DNA of 64,000 bases from Lama glama. Its lineage: Eukaryota. Under the pieces are notes generated by a model. That model searched no databases. It was given only the letters and a program-made list of their open reading frames with translations, and was not told where the DNA came from. Location: the NCBI GenBank assembly GCA_028534125.1, contig CM052816.1, positions 41,480,001 through 41,544,000 on the forward strand, written 5' to 3'. The translations under genes were made by a program, and so were the position numbers. This document shows, piece by piece, positions 31,878 to 45,519 of the stretch. The stretch's first letter is position 1. Each line of letters opens with the position of its first letter.

Positions 31878-33157
31878 TAAGCTGACCTGAGACTGTTTTA
31901 CTCCAACTTGCTTTTAGTAGAGGGTGAAATTAAAGTATTAGAAATCCCATAATGTTTAAAGATTGAGATGCAAGTTTTAGAGGCAGCAAATATATGATAA
32001 CTGGGTAGGGACTGGGTGGTTCTGCTTTTGGTTGTTCATCATAACCATGGAAAAAAGTGAGTTTGGCACCTAATCGTTCCCACGCTATTTATTACTCTAT
32101 TTAGACTGCTAAATTATTTTGCTTTAATTAATGTGGTTCAGAATAGTGACCCTTTTGAATAATGAAATACATATTTCAGTATGTTAGGTTATTTATTAAA
32201 CATTATCACTGCATTTATGACTCCAACATTACTCTTTTTACATAGGAGTAATTTAGTTCTATATTTTTCTAGTTTTTTTTAACACTGACGTGATTTGCTT
32301 TTTGAAACCGTGTCAAAAGTGTTTGTGATATGTCTAAATAGGAAGTGAGGTAAGATTGGCCTTGCAGGATAAATTGTAGATTTTTTTTCAAAATATTTTT
32401 ATTCATATATACAGATTTATTAAAAGGGAAAGGGCTTATAGCTTACTTTGTTTATGTAATATTTTTGCTTATGAAGTTTGTGAGTTTGTTTATTGTTGTA
32501 TTTTGAAAGTTTGTTGTTTGTTTCAGTCCATTGTAACTCTTTTCTTTTAAATCATAGACCCTGATTGATAAAATTGTTCCTCATTCTTTCTGCCAAAAAC
32601 CTAAATATAAAAATACTGTTAGATTGTATTTAGGGTACTTTCATGACCTTCTGATTTGCTGGAATTTCTGTCTTTAGTTGAAGAGGCATTTCTGCTTTTC
32701 CTGGATATCTTCCCTCATCCATCAACCACTTGGGTAGCTTGGTTCTTAACTAATATTTTTTCCCTGTTGTTGGTATGATACCATACATCTGAATTAAAGC
32801 TATATAGTCAGTAAACTTTTATCAACACTTGAAATGTGAGGAGGTATAATATGATTGGTAATTCTGGAGACACTTCCTATGGTAGCCTTGAAACTTTTAG
32901 TCTTGTGAAAACAGTAAAATAATTTTGAAAATAAAATTTAGCTTCTGTTGTTTTATTTATATTGGTTTCTAAACAAACATCTTATCTTGGTATATCTTAA
33001 TATTTTAACATTTTTGATTCTAGCATTGTTTATTTTTGTTAGTAATAGTGCCTTGAATTAAGTTTTGCATTAACAGTATTATCTTTATTTCTACATATAT
33101 TTATTTTTTAATGAATAGTGAAACCAACGTTTAAACCAAACAATTATTTTCTATTAG

Positions 33158-33199
33158 GTTTATCAAGAGTTACAAGAAATTTGGTGGCCCTCTGGAAAG
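33158..33199 (+). CDS. CHD1: CHD1 small exon (FIKSYKKFGGPLE), SANT
   Basis: tattag|G TTT ATC; GAA AG|gtaaat; 42 nt. Confidence 0.95.
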
Positions 33200-33490
33200 G
33201 TAAATATATTTGCCATTCTCAATAGAATTATAAAATTTGCTACATGCTGTTAGCTTTGTATATACTAATATTCATTTTAGCTACTTTTTAAAAATTTGTT
33301 TTAACAGGTTTTTATAAAGTTAATCTGTGGAAAACAGATTTCACATAGATTTTTTAAGTTTTTATACTATCCTTAATTCTTTTTAGTCTGTGAAATTTTA
33401 CCTATAAATGAAGTTTTCCTATAAAATACATGTCTGTAAAATATTTGCATTTTTATAATTGTAAGAGACTTTCCAAATGCTTTTTCTTTT

Positions 33491-33583
33491 CTATTTCTTT
33501 TTTTAACGGAGGAACCAGTGATTGAACCCAGGACCTTGCACATGCTAAGCATGCAATCTACCATTGAGCTATACCCACCCCCA
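33491..33583 (-). mobile_element. tRNA-Ala-derived SINE (Vic-1-like), short form
   Basis: Same core; perfect 17-bp TSD caaatgctttttctttt at 33474-33490 and 33584-33600. Confidence 0.9.
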
Positions 33584-33978
33584 CAAATGCTTTTTCTTTT
33601 TATCGCAAACTTATAAAATACCAGATTTATCCTTATAGAAGCTGACTTGCTAACCTAGCCTTCTGACTTAAAGACCAATTCTATTTATCAGTTAATCTCA
33701 ATAATTGTTTGCGATTTGAATATTCCTTGTCCTTTGTTGTGGCAAAACCACTCTCTCAATATAGAGTGGCAAAGACTTGAAACTGATTTAATTATATTTT
33801 TTCCTCCTCAAAATCCTGTCTTACAATAGAGGTATTTTTGGTTTTATTTTGAAACGACTCGCATGAAGTACAGTGAAAAACATTTCGTTTTGAACATTAA
33901 TCATTATTCATATTATCTCCTCAGTGCCTAGTAAAAAAAAAAGAATATACAATTTCACTCTCATAATATGTATCTTAA

Positions 33979-34185
<207 letters not shown>

Positions 34186-34882
34186 TAAAGACAGGTAAAT
34201 GGAAGTTTTGAAATACACTCTTAATGAATTAGGTAGGTGTTGGTAACTTCAGTTATTACATCAATCTTAATTATATAAGTCAGTGTTAAAGATGCTTCAT
34301 AAAACAAAGCCAGGCCATTTCTGGGTAGTAGGAAATGAGGACTAGAATTGCATTATTAAAGGCAGTAGAATCTATCTGCCTGGTATATTCTGGCTGGGAG
34401 GTAACATGAGGAATTATTGTTAGGTATATTTTTAGTATAGATGAGATAGTGTAAGTATACATATGTGACATTGGTTTTGGGACTAGTTATTTCGTTATAC
34501 TTATTTTGCAATTCATCTACCTAAATAAAAATATTTAGATAAGACTCAGTAATCGGATATACTGAAAAAAAATCATACTAAAACTTACTGAAAGACTTGA
34601 CAGTATTAATAGATTGATATATGTTGTGCAATTAATAAAGTGCCCAAAATGGTTTTTGTGAATCCTCATCTGCTTATTTTATAATCGCTAGTATCTACTG
34701 AATATACTGGAGTGAAATTTAAAGTTTGCCAGCAAGCCTCCCCTTAATATAAACAGGTAATACTTATAGGTAAATAAGTAATACTTACTAATATGAGTAA
34801 TAGCTTATATATAATATGTTGCTTTGTATTTTGTAGAATTATGTACTTTATACTTTTTAATGCTCTTTTAAAAAAAATTTAA

Positions 34883-35023
<141 letters not shown>

Positions 35024-35171
35024 TGAGTTGTTTCCTTCTTCCATTATAAAAAAATTGTTGCTATTCAATAATTTGAATATGAATTTGTTAAAAATGTTTT
35101 ATGCCATTTGCCAGTTTGAATCAAATCTTTTTAAAAATAAAGTATAACATTTTGAAGTTGCTATGACCTAA

Positions 35172-35558
<387 letters not shown>

Positions 35559-35704
35559 TGATCTCTTAAGATTTCACTTACCTCTGAAATTATATTTTTA
35601 TTAAGGCATGGGTATATTTTTCTTCCTGTTATCAGGTTGAAAATGAACTTCTCATTCCATCATTAACTATACTATTCAAAACACAAAGCAGGATTCTGAA
35701 ATCT

Positions 35705-35707
<3 letters not shown>

Positions 35708-35740
<33 letters not shown>

Positions 35741-35760
35741 AACACACACACATATATATA
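35708..35760. repeat. Compound (AT)n(CA)n microsatellite, intronic
   Basis: Direct reading. Confidence 0.9.
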
Positions 35761-36430
35761 CACCTACTTATATGTATATTTATTTCTTTTTTAGTGAAAA
35801 ACAATGTTTAAGATTTTTGGTAATTTGATGCTACCACACTAGCTACAGTCATTTCTTTGCATAGAATGGAAACCACTGGAAGAACTGTTCTATTCTTACC
35901 ATTTAAGTTATGTTATGTTTTTATATTTTACTTCTTGGAAAAATGGGAACCTGTAGATATTTATCATTTGCTACTAAGAAGCAAAACAAATTAACTAATT
36001 TTCACTGGAAGTTTCATCACAGTGCATGCTTTGGGTCATCTTCTAGATGGATAATACTTATGTATTCTAGGAATTTGTATATACTTAATAGTTAAATATA
36101 CTGTTGAGAAAGAAAGGAAATCTAAGTTAAATAGCACTGGATGCTAATATGCTATTATGTATTTGAAAAAAATTTCTAACTTCACACTTACAATGTCTCA
36201 TTTTGAATGGAGGGATGTTTTTCTCATGTATTTAGAATTCATTCCCAGGGAAGTTAAATCTTTGTGGCATAGGTATAAAAAATGTATTTTGCATTCTAAT
36301 TTGTTTATTCCTACAAGTTTTAAAAGTTGTAATTTGTGAATTATATGTATTTTTTTGGTAAGCATTTTTTAGCCAATAATTATTACTTTTTGTGTCATTT
36401 ATTAAAACAATATGAAAAATTGCTTTTCAG

Positions 36431-36553
36431 ATTCTTCCAGATGATCCTGATAAAAAACCACAAGCGAAACAGTTACAGACACGTGCAGACTACCTCATCA
36501 AATTACTTAGTAAAGATCTTGCAAGAAAAGAAGCTCAGAGGCTTTCTGGTGCA
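36431..36553 (+). CDS. CHD1: CHD1 exon ([26 protein letters not shown]...QRLSGA)
   Basis: tttcag|ATT CTT; GGT GCA|gtaagt; 123 nt. Confidence 0.97.
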
Positions 36554-37283
36554 GTAAGTTAAAATATGATGCTTAAAAGCAATTTACTTTAGGATCAGAT
36601 TAATCTAGTTTACTGATCATCCTAGACACCTATGGTTAATGTGAGCTTAAAAGTGTGTTTCTAATTTAGTAGTTTTATTTGAATAGAGTATTTGTGTTAT
36701 ACCTAGTGAGTCATATCTTTCAGAAGTGGGATTTTTTCCCCCCTATTATTTAGAGAGGGAATGGGAACAATTTTTTGGAGTAGAGTGCTTTTTAAGAGGT
36801 CACGTCTCCATTACTGTTTTATTTGGAGACATTGGGCAGCTAAAGGAACAACAGTAAAGATCACTGAGCTTACTTATGAGGAGGCTTCACAAAAGTAGGA
36901 AAAAGACACTGAAAGAGAGGTGATTAGTAACTAAAGCAATGTTTAAAAGTTTGTGTGACCACAGTGTCAGTAACTACCTATGTATGATTAAAAATAATTT
37001 CTAATGCTATCTCTGGTATCATACTTAGCTGAAGATAATTTAGGAGGGTGAACAACCCTCCTGTTTCTCTCTACTCCTTTTTTTAAAGGAATAATTATAG
37101 TTTGTTAGCATTTATTCACATTAATATGTATTTGATTCATTAAGTTTTATCACTTTTGTTGATAAACCTACACCAAGCTTAGAAAGTGTATCACCAACAG
37201 ACTAAGGATTAAGTAGGAATATGTATTTTTAACTTTATAGGTTTAATATTGGAGTTGGTTAGAATAAAAATAATTATTTTTAG

Positions 37284-37487
<204 letters not shown>

Positions 37488-37864
37488 TAAAATTTGAACT
37501 AAGGCTTGAAAATTTAAAGATACTGAACTTCTTTTTTATAGTTCATTACATAGTCTCATTTACAAATAAAGAATTCTAAGCATTCAATAGAATATTACAT
37601 ATCACTTAGATGGATAGAGCAAAGGTCCTTCATTTTCAAACATTTGCCATTTGAATGAAATTCTGTCCCCTTTATTATAAATTTTGAATGGGACTGGCTT
37701 ACCTTAGTTTTTATAGACAGGCCCACATTGCATGTATCATTACTAACGGGATTCTGGATTATTTCTCTCGGAATCCACATACATGCAATCCACAGTCATG
37801 CAAAAAAAATTAGTCTTTGTCTAGATTTGGTTAGTAATACATTGGCCATACTTGCACTTTTCAG

Positions 37865-38128
37865 GATGAGATCACTTCTGTGAAACATCCAAATAAAAAA
37901 ATTAAAACAGAAAGAGACAGTGAAGAAAAACCTGAGCCAGATGTTTGTATAAAGAAGGAACCAGAAGAAAAGAGGGAAGCAAAAGAAAAGGAAAATAAAA
38001 GAGAACTTAAAAGGGAGATAAAGGAAAAAGAGGATAAGAAAGATATAAAGGAAAAAGATTTTAAAGAAAAAAGAGAAAACAAAGTAAAAGAAGCTATACA
38101 GAAAGAAAAAGACATAAAGGAAGAAAAG
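37865..38128 (+). CDS. CHD1: CHD1 in-frame cassette exon, 88 aa Lys/Glu-rich hydrophilic insert (DEITSVKHPNKK...KDIKEEK)
   Basis: cacttttcag|GAT GAG; GAA AAG|gtatgc; 264 nt, phase 0-0, no stops; not part of the recalled 1710-aa human isoform. Confidence 0.85.
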
Positions 38129-38485
38129 GTATGCAAATCATAATATGAAACTTAGAAAGTAACCAATCAACATATTTACATTTTAGGAGAATAAACTGCC
38201 TATCAGCCCAATTAGCCTCAGTAACTGAGTTCTCTAAAAATACATATGGGTATCTAGTAGAGGAGAAAAACAGATTTGAATCCTTTTAAATGCCTTATGT
38301 AATGAGTAACATTACAGAGTAGCTTTATTTTTGGTTTCCCTAAGTAAAATTAGGGGAAAGATAAAAAAGATAAGAATATTGAATGTGAATAAAGAATTAT
38401 AGACTAAAATGAGACAGTAATTATCTTCTGGAAGTGTTAATCATTTTGCCTTGTTGGATTTTTGTTTAATTTTGTTTTTCATCAG

Positions 38486-38626
38486 TTGAGTGAATCCAAG
38501 CCTGATAGCAAGGAACGATCTAAGAAATCTTCAGTGTCAGATGCTCCAGTTCATATCACTGCAAGTGGTGAACCAGTTCCCATATCTGAAGAATCTGAAG
38601 AGCTAGATCAGAAGACATTCAGCATT
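38486..38626 (+). CDS. CHD1: CHD1 exon (LSESKPDS...ELDQKTFSI)
   Basis: catcag|TTG AGT; AGC ATT|gtaagt; 141 nt. Confidence 0.96.
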
Positions 38627-39379
38627 GTAAGTAGTAGAGTTTCTGGTTATTAGTAATAATTCTTATAACATTCATTTATATTCATCTTTTAAAGCTTCTA
38701 ATTTAGAAATGTATTTGAATTTGATACTGCTATATGTAGTTCAGATCGATAAAAGCAATTGAATCTAATTGTGAAAGATGTCTTAAAGTTAGAATCAACC
38801 TGAAGACCTTCTTCATAAATTAAAGAGAGTGAACTTTTTCCCTCCAACTTTAAAATTTTTAAGCTTTTCACAATTCTTAAACCTATTATAATAGTGCTTC
38901 TTATCTACAGTGAATAACTATCTTATCTTTTACAGATCAGTATTTTTAGAAAATACAGGAAAAATGAGAAGTGAAAATAAGACAAAAAGAATACAAAATA
39001 TAAGCCCCAATGTTTAGTTATGATATTCAGTAGATGTAAAGTTACACTATCAAATTGATATGAAGATTTCTAAAATTTCTGTACATATGCTATTGTGGAC
39101 TAGCACAGGTTAATAGGCCACACTTTGAATAACACCTTATTGATTTGTCTTGCTAAATAGCAGTATAATGTAACAGTCAAGAAACAGTAGTGTTGGAGAT
39201 CAAACATGGGTTTCACAGATGTCATTTCATTCTAAGCTTCAGTTTCTTTTTCTATAAAATAGAATGAATAGTATTGTAAAGGTCTGTCATTAGAATCAAA
39301 TGAAGTGCGCTTAAAGCAATGCACAGCCTCTGGTACCTAATAAATACTTTATAAATGTTAATTGTCACTGCTCCAATTC

Positions 39380-39855
39380 CCATCTTCAGGCCTTGACCTT
39401 AGCATAGAATTTAGTTGTTAATTCCCCTTTTTCCTCTCCTCACATTCAGTCAGTCAATGAGCAGTCATATTGGCTCTAGTACACTGGTTGAAACCACATT
39501 CATCTCTTTCTGAGATTATTTCCGTAGCTCCATAGTTACTGTCACTGCTTCCACCCTTTGCATCTCACCCTGTACTCTTTTCATATTCAGTTTGTATTCT
39601 ATACAGCAGGCAGAGTGATAATGACTGTTACAGGGATAATAAAGTCACCCCATATTACTTTTTCGTTTAAAACCCTTTCATTCAGGATAAAAGATAACAA
39701 ATAGCCTAAAAGAGACAGCATCTGGTTTAGTTCTATTCTACTAGAGTACAGACTGCATAAAAGCAGGGTCTCTGTTTCCTTTACTGCTTTATTTTCTGGA
39801 TCTAGAACAATGCCGAGAACATAGTATGCACTCAACCTACATCATGTTGAATTAG
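39380..39855 (+). mobile_element. L2 LINE 3' fragment
   Basis: gcagggtctctgttt...tctagaacaatgccgagaacatagtatgcactcaa resembles the L2 3' end. Confidence 0.55.
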
Positions 39856-40034
39856 CAGAATATAAACTACCAAAATTTAACAAGAAATAGGAAATGTAGA
39901 GAACAGATAGGAATAACACTAAAAATTAGAAAGGATATTAAAGATTTTTCCTTTTTTTTAAAAAAAAAAATCAGGCCAGAATTCTAATTTTTTACTAGCG
40001 AATACATAATTCCAGTCATATTTAAATTATTCCT

Positions 40035-42202
40035 GGGAGGTAGAGTTGAAACCTGAATATGTACCCAGGGCTCTCCAACTTCATAGGTGGGACTGAGATT
40101 TGTTTATAGCCCCAGGCAGAGGGGGCCATTTTGCTCCATGGGTGCCTTTGTGTACCCGCGCCTCTAAGAAAAGCAAGGAGCAGAGTTCTAGCACACAGTG
40201 GGGATGAGGGCTGGTGCAGCTGGTTTTTGCAAGTCCATCTGCCATGCGTGGACATGGGACTGACCCAGTGGTACAACCCACCGGCCTCTAGGACGTGCAA
40301 GCAGAGTTCACACATCAGGGTGAGTGCAGGAGTGGTGTTTGGTACTGGGGATGGTGCTGACCCAGTAGTGCACCACAAGCCAAGTGTGCGACCCAGAAGA
40401 AGGCAGAACTGCACTGGTAGCTCTGAGGGCAGAGAACCTGGGAGACACCAGAATAGTGCAGTGATGTGCTGGGACAAGGGCAGAGTCAACAAAAGTACTT
40501 AAAGTGCTCCAACCCTGCCTACTATGCACCACAGCTCAGAAATGGGTCTGGAAGCCTCCATTCCAACAAAAGTGGAACAGACCCAGCCCCTGTCAGGGTT
40601 GTGATAACCACAGAACAAAAAGGAGGCCTCGCTCAACAACCAGGGCAGACTCTGGTCACCACAACGCTGGCCACACCCCGAAGCAAAGGGATAATGGCCA
40701 ACACACACAGAAGACAGACATGGCAACCATCCGCACTAAAAACAGACCTCATGACAAAATTATTAGGGGTGCAGAGTCTACGTAGGAACGCGTCCTCTTT
40801 AAAAAAAAAAAAACAACCAAACCAAACAAAACATCCCTTCAAGACCACAGTAGATAACTGATACTCCATAATCTATAGTGCCAGAGAGGTATTAAGTAAA
40901 ATGAAGCAGAGGAACTACTCCCAATTAAAAGAACAAGAGAAATCCTCTGAAAGAACTATCAATGAAATAGACTTCAGTAGGCTTCAAGATCATGACTTCA
41001 AAAAGGGGGTGATAAAAGTGCTGAAGGAAATAAGTGAGATTATGAATAGAGACAAAGAATACTGTAAAAAGGAAATTGAAACTATAAAAAGGAGCCAGTT
41101 AAAAACAGAAAACTCAGTGGCTGAGATATGAGCCGAGCTAAAGGCAGTCAAAAGCAGACTAGACAATGCAGAGGAGCAAATAAGTAACTTAGAAGACAGG
41201 GTAACGTAAGTCACCCAGTCAGAACAGCAGATAGAAGAAGCAAGTAAAAACCAAGGAAAGCAATATAAGGAACCTATGAGAAAATATAAAGCGTGCCAGC
41301 CTACTCATAATAGGGGTCCCAGACGGGGAAGAAAGAGAAAAGCAGACTGAAAAGGTATTTGAAGAAACCATGACTGACAACTTTCCAAACCTAAAGGAAA
41401 CAGATATCCAAGTACAGAGAGCACAGAGGGTCCCCAACAAGAAGAACCCAAACAGACTGACACCAAGACGTTGTAATTAAGATGGCCAAGGTTGAAGCTA
41501 AAGAAATTATTCTAAAGGCAGCAACAGAAAAATAGTTAGTTACAAGGGAACCCCCAAAAGGTTTTAAGCTGACTTCTCTACACAAGCACTGCAGGCCAGA
41601 AGGGAGAGGCAACATATATTCAAAGTTCTGAATGAGAAAAAGCTTCAACCTAGGATACTTTACCTAGCAAGGCTATCCTTTAGAATAGGATGGAGAAAGA
41701 ATTTCACAGACAAGCCAAAATGAAAAGAATGCAGCAATACGAAACCTATGCTAAAAGAAATATTGAGAGGCCTACTCTAATTAGAAAAGCAGTTGTAGAA
41801 ACGAGAAAACCATAATTGGAAAGGCGGTAATGACAATGAGTTGTAACAGAATAAACATGAAGATGTAAAAGAAGGACATCAAAATCATTAAACATGGGAG
41901 AGAGGAGCAAGAAAATACAGATTTTTTTCTTTTCATTCTTTTTAGGATGTGTTTCAGTTTGTATGACTATCAGTTTAAAACCAAACAGATATAGTAATGG
42001 GTTAATATACTTGAAAAACAGTGTAACCACAAGTCAAAAGCATAAGGGGTAGAGTCACGAAAACCAAAAAGAAACCAAGATAATACAAAAGAAAATATCA
42101 AACCATAAAAAGAAAGGAACAATGAGGAAATACCAAATCAACTGGTAAACTAAATTCAAAATGGCAATAAACACATCAAAAAAAAAATAGAAATTAAAAA
42201 TT
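40035..42202 (+). mobile_element. Sense-oriented L1: 5'UTR + disrupted ORF1 + inter-ORF spacer + first ORF2 codons + poly(A); TSD-flanked
   Basis: GC-rich 5'UTR starting gggagg; ORF1 from 40901; ATG GCA ATA AAC ACA at 42161; A-tail from 42178; attattcct at 40026-40034 and 42203-42211. Confidence 0.85.
40901..41780 (+). pseudogene. Disrupted L1 ORF1p
   Basis: MKQRNYSQLKEQEK start, coiled-coil region, IIGVP motif, ends MLKEILRGLL*; in-frame stops at 41129 and 41207, with further lesions downstream. Confidence 0.85.
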
Positions 42203-43020
42203 ATTATTCCTTACAAAAGTTGGAAAGCTTCCCAACTGATTTGGACAAATAGATCACAACAAAAAGTACTCAAACAAATTCACACATATATAACATAGAC
42301 ACTTAATTGATAAGAAAGGCCGTTCACAGCCGTGATGTGAGGATTTCTTTTTTTAAATAAATGGTGGTGGTGAATCAATTAAATATATGGCCTGTAGCTG
42401 ATTCATCCTTACATTCCTGGAATTAACCCAACTTGCTGCTCATGGAAGTAAGTATAAATTTTAAACTTGTTTTTGCATTTATATATAATAAAATTTATTT
42501 GTACTTTGCTTTATTAGTAGTATTTTTCTTTTGGTATAAGGGTATAGTTTTTATTACACAAATTGAACTTCAGTTGAATCATAAAATTTTTTTAGTATGT
42601 CCTTTTATTAGCACACCAGCAACCTGTAGATTAGGGAAAAGGTTGGTTTCTATCACCACCCTTCTCCCTGAGTACCCAAAATATGATAGTAGGAAAATTC
42701 ATCATTAGCTACTTCATTTTGTCCCAAAGATTAAGAAGAATAGAGTTTATACTTGTAAGTTTATTGATTTTAATAGCCTTGTGAATATATTTTATTGTAT
42801 AAAGATCTCTTTTTTAATACTCTTCTGTATTATAGTCAATATAGGATATTAACTAGTACTCTGAAGTATTCTGTTATCTTTTAAAATTCTTTAAGACTGC
42901 TTAGAATGTTATACACCAGTGTAAAAAGTAACCATTTTTACAGAAGGTAGGTAAAATCCAAGGCTCTTACTTCCAAAGACTGATTTTAAATAATACTGGA
43001 AAGCATTGCTTTTTGAATAA

Positions 43021-43335
<315 letters not shown>

Positions 43336-44284
43336 TAAGTGATGTATTTTTCAAGAGGCGTTAAATTTGTGATTTTGTAACCATCTATTTGTCTCTTCTA
43401 TTTCAATTTCTTTTTCTCCTTCTAAAGTTTAGGGAAGAAAATGTTTAAAGAGGTAACCTGAAGATGATTGTTTTTACTTTTTTCCTTTAACTTTATAAAG
43501 CTTTTTATTCAAGAATGATTACTTACTTAGACATCATGGTAAGCCATAGAAGGTATCTCTGCCTTTAAATAGTGATAGCTGTTTCATTAAAATTCAGGTT
43601 GCATCTTATTTTTGAAAATCTCTGCAGTTCACCAAATTATTCTCAGTAATATCTTCAAAGTCTGGTGTACCAAATTTATTGTTACATAAATAGCAATTCA
43701 TTTTCTAAGTATGACTATAAAGTCTTGTAAAAATTTATACCCTCAAGCAGTGTAAAATGCAGACTTTAATTTCCCCTTTCATTTTAGAAGCAGCATCAAC
43801 ACAGTTGATCTTAAAATTACAAACCTGAACTGCTATAATATTATACTAGCCATTTATGGATTACCAAATCCAGGTCATTGTTAAGCCAAACTATTAGGTT
43901 AGGAAGAAAAATGAGCACAAACCAGCCACTGATATCAGTTTATTAGCCTGCTGTTTTCTTCACTATGTACAGTGCAGCTACTTATCAAAACAAAAACTTT
44001 AGTGATACATTTCTGGAAAAGTCATGATTACACTAAAGTTAAAAAAAATTCTATCCTTGTCCCCTTCCTTAAATTCAGTCAGCATCCATTTTAGAAAGAG
44101 GAGGTAGGAACTTGATCATGATCACTAGGCTTTTGAAAGCAAGTAAACTGAGCTGTCATGTCTTAAGAAACCAAATCCATGCATGGACGATAAGAGCGTG
44201 AAGTCACGCGCCTGGAATAACATGGAATGATCACTGGAGTTGGCAATCACAGGACACGCTAAGTCCCCATCTTGGATAGTTTTT

Positions 44285-44395
44285 GGCTTTGTGACCTTGA
44301 ACAGTTACCAGTATGAGCCCCCTCAGTATTGTCATCTGTAAAATGATAGCATCTGTACTTGAAGCCCTTTATAAATTGTAAAGCACTACATAGTT
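44285..44395 (+). mobile_element. MIR core
   Basis: tgtgaccttgaacagttac...cctcagtattgtcatctgtaaaatg. Confidence 0.6.
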
Positions 44396-45519
44396 TCCAG
44401 TTATTGAATGACGGTGATAAGAGATACCATGAGGAACAAGGCAATAATTCTAAAGAACTGTATTCATAGTGTCTAGTTTAATCTTTTATTTATGGTTGAA
44501 ATATATATACTGGAGCTTTAATGGTTTCCTTAAATACCACGAAAAAGAGTAATTCTTTCTCAAAGCTCTTTCAACTCACACAATGATCCCCAAAGAACAG
44601 AACCACAGAACGGGAATACAGTAAAGTTCAATTATATATGTGTTGTGTGTGTGTGTGTATATACATGGATTAAATGAGAATATAGCTAAATTCTCTATAT
44701 TCAAGATCCAAAGTTAAGTTCTTTCTTTCAATGGATCCCAGACATATTCTTATTGTTTGTGATAAAATTAGGAAAATAACAGAAGTGCTGTGAGTTATTC
44801 TTAAAGCTAAATTTAGTTAATTTAAAGGATTATGAAAATTTTCTTTTTAGTGTAAAGGAGCTTATTTTCTCTCTGGAAATAATTATTTGATGCGTACCAG
44901 TTTTTAAAACCTTATATGTAATTAGAGTTTAGAATTTTGAGGTTGTGAAGAAGGCAGAATATTTTAGTTGCTTTCTAGATAGAAATAAGCAGCATCTTAT
45001 TGAAATTACACAGTGGCTAATATAAATAGATGTTATTTCAGATTTAGTTTGCTATTAGGAATAGGAGGATTAAAATAACCTCTAAAAGAAAAGAGACCAA
45101 AGAGCCAGGAGCCTTTTTTGTGTTCATCTTTAACTCCCAAGGTTTGATCCTTCTCTTGACCCAGTTAGACAAATTACCTTTAGTGCTCATCTGCCTTGAC
45201 TTGTATTTCTTGGTTTTTATTTCTGCTGTCACTGCCTTTAGTTATACTAGATTGCCTTAAAGGAGAGGAGAAATTAGACCCCAATTAAGAAATATTTCAA
45301 AGCAAATTAGTTTTTACTCTGGTCTGAGTGCTATCTTGGAGATAGATTGGGTGGAAAATGTAGAAGCAAGGAGGAGTCCCTTGTATTAAGACTTATCACT
45401 GAACTGCTGACCACCTTGCCCCACCCCACCCCACAGAACAGTTACAGTCACTGATTCTACAAAATGAAAGAAGATAGAGACCTTACTTATAAAGATAAGG
45501 ACTTGACCCATAATTATTA

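Noticed and set aside
40022..40869. Cluster of overlapping 66-156 aa ORFs on both strands
   Set aside because: They lie in the GC-rich L1 5'UTR, where stops are rarer; no recognisable protein or coding signature
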